From: an uncultured Pelagibacteraceae bacterium
Lineage (GTDB): Bacteria > Pseudomonadota > Alphaproteobacteria > Pelagibacterales > Pelagibacteraceae
Reading direction: 5' to 3'
Assembly (NCBI GenBank): GCA_902560815.1
Contig: CACENP010000003.1
Span: 22,246 to 86,245 of the forward strand
Length of the DNA: 64,000 bases
The number at the start of each line of letters is the position of its first letter. Position 1 is the stretch's first letter. The notes beneath the pieces are model-generated. The model did no database searches and had not been told where the DNA came from. It saw only the letters and a program-made list of their open reading frames with translations. This document shows, piece by piece, positions 62,775 to 64,000 of this stretch. Made by a program: the position numbers and the translations under genes.

Positions 62775-63524
62775 TTGATTAAATCAAAAAAATTTAAAAA
62801 ATTTAATAATATAAAACATGGTTTCTTTAGCAGTAAGGGCGGTGTTTCTTCTGGAATTTATAAAAGTTTAAATTGTGGAATGGGATCAAATGATAAAATA
62901 AAAAATGTAGCCAAAAATTTAAAAATTGTTGCAAAAAAAATTGGTGTTAAGAAAAAAATAATTTTATTAAATCAGGTTCATAGTAATAAAATTTATTTTA
63001 TAAAAAAAATGTCAAAAAAAAAATTACTTGGAGATGGGTTAATAACTAATGCAAAAAATCTAGCTATTGGTATTTTAACAGCAGATTGTGTTCCAATCCT
63101 ATTATTTGATCCTAAAACAAATACTATTGGTGCACTACACGCAGGTTGGAAAGGTGCATACAAAATGATAGGAAAAAAAATGATTAATTATTTTAAAAAA
63201 AAAGGAAGTAAATTAAATAATATCATTGCTGTGCTTGGCCCATGTATTTCTCAAGAAAATTATGAAATAAAAAATGATTTTAAAGTAAATTTCTTAAAGC
63301 AAAACGCAGAAAATACGAAACATTTTAAAACAATTAAAAATAAAATTTACTTTGATTTAAGAGGCTATATTTTTAAACAACTAAAAAATGCTGGAATTCA
63401 GAACATAGAAATAATTAAAAAAGATACATTTAATCCAAAAAATAATTTTTTTAGTGCCAGGAGATCTTTAAGAAAAAAAAATAATGATTATGGTAGAAAT
63501 ATTTCAATAATTATGATTAAATAG
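62775..63524 (+). CDS. pgeF: peptidoglycan editing factor PgeF (YfiH) / purine nucleoside phosphorylase
   Basis: HGFF, SLNCG, QVHS, TADCVPI, HAGWKG, GPCI, FFSARR. Confidence 0.92.
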   Translation: MIKSKKFKKFNNIKHGFFSSKGGVSSGIYKSLNCGMGSNDKIKNVAKNLKIVAKKIGVKKKIILLNQVHSNKIYFIKKMSKKKLLGDGLITNAKNLAIGILTADCVPILLFDPKTNTIGALHAGWKGAYKMIGKKMINYFKKKGSKLNNIIAVLGPCISQENYEIKNDFKVNFLKQNAENTKHFKTIKNKIYFDLRGYIFKQLKNAGIQNIEIIKKDTFNPKNNFFSARRSLRKKNNDYGRNISIIMIK

Positions 63525-63536
63525 AGTATCTCACAA

Positions 63537-64000
63537 ATGAAGCTTCTTACAGGAAATAGTAATAAAAACCTTAGCCTTAAAATATCAAAATTTTTAAAAA
63601 CTAAATTGGTCCATTCCAGTATTAGAAAGTTTTCTGATGGCGAAATTTATATAGAAGTTAAAGAAAATATCAGAGGCAACAGTATATTTATAGTCCAATC
63701 TGTAAGTTCTCCTGCAAATGATAACCTGATGGAGCTTTTGCTTTGTATAGATGCTTTGAAAAGATCCTCGGCAAAAAATATTACTGCAGTAATACCTTAT
63801 TTTGGTTACGCAAGACAAGATAGAAAAGTAGCTCCAAGAACTTCTATATCGGCAAAGTTAGTTTCAAATTTAATAACTAAAGCTGGAGCAGATAGAGTTG
63901 TAACAGTAGACTTGCACGCAGGTCAAATACAAGGATTTTTTGATATTCCTGTTGATAACCTTTTTGCTACTCCAATTTTTTCAAGACATATAAAAAAAAA
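63537..64000 (+). CDS. prs: ribose-phosphate pyrophosphokinase (runs off the window end)
   Basis: MKLLTGNSN...FSDGEI...[35 protein letters not shown]; absent from the ORF track because there is no stop in the window. Confidence 0.95.
   Translation, partial: MKLLTGNSNKNLSLKISKFLKTKLVHSSIRKFSDGEIYIEVKENIRGNSIFIVQSVSSPANDNLMELLLCIDALKRSSAKNITAVIPYFGYARQDRKVAPRTSISAKLVSNLITKAGADRVVTVDLHAGQIQGFFDIPVDNLFATPIFSRHIKK

Noticed and set aside
63594-63818. 74-aa minus-strand ORF
   Set aside because: It is antisense to prs, which occupies the + strand.

Overview
Very AT-rich, gene-dense alphaproteobacterial chromosome segment. Gene content, tiny intergenic spacers and protein sequences point to Pelagibacterales (SAR11); this is inferred, not searched. 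Most of the window is core housekeeping: fumC, uvrD, pepP, ligA, bamD, lpxC, the dcw cluster, rnpB, mlaA/mlaC, rpoD-dnaG-yqeY, carAB, trxB, aspC, uvrB-folB-uvrC-pgsA, ilvE, marR-ompR-envZ, lgt, pgeF and a partial prs. The standout is a ~6.5 kb island (31176-37655) between tRNA(CAT) and tRNA-Val(GAC). It holds a tightly coupled five-gene operon: phage-CII-like HTH regulator, PrsW intramembrane protease, Tat-exported flavin amine oxidase, and two paralogous pentameric ligand-gated ion channel (pLGIC) subunits, one with an N-terminal PDZ-like domain. The island also has a divergent secreted Asn-rich heptad-repeat protein and an unannotated 47-aa membrane peptide with its own SD and terminator. 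Other oddities: ftsZ sits between mraZ and rsmH; tRNA-Val has a rewired D-/T-loop elbow; the murE-murF fusion is broken by an exact 32-bp inverted copy of mraY sequence (probable amplification chimera); aspC has a homopolymer frameshift.
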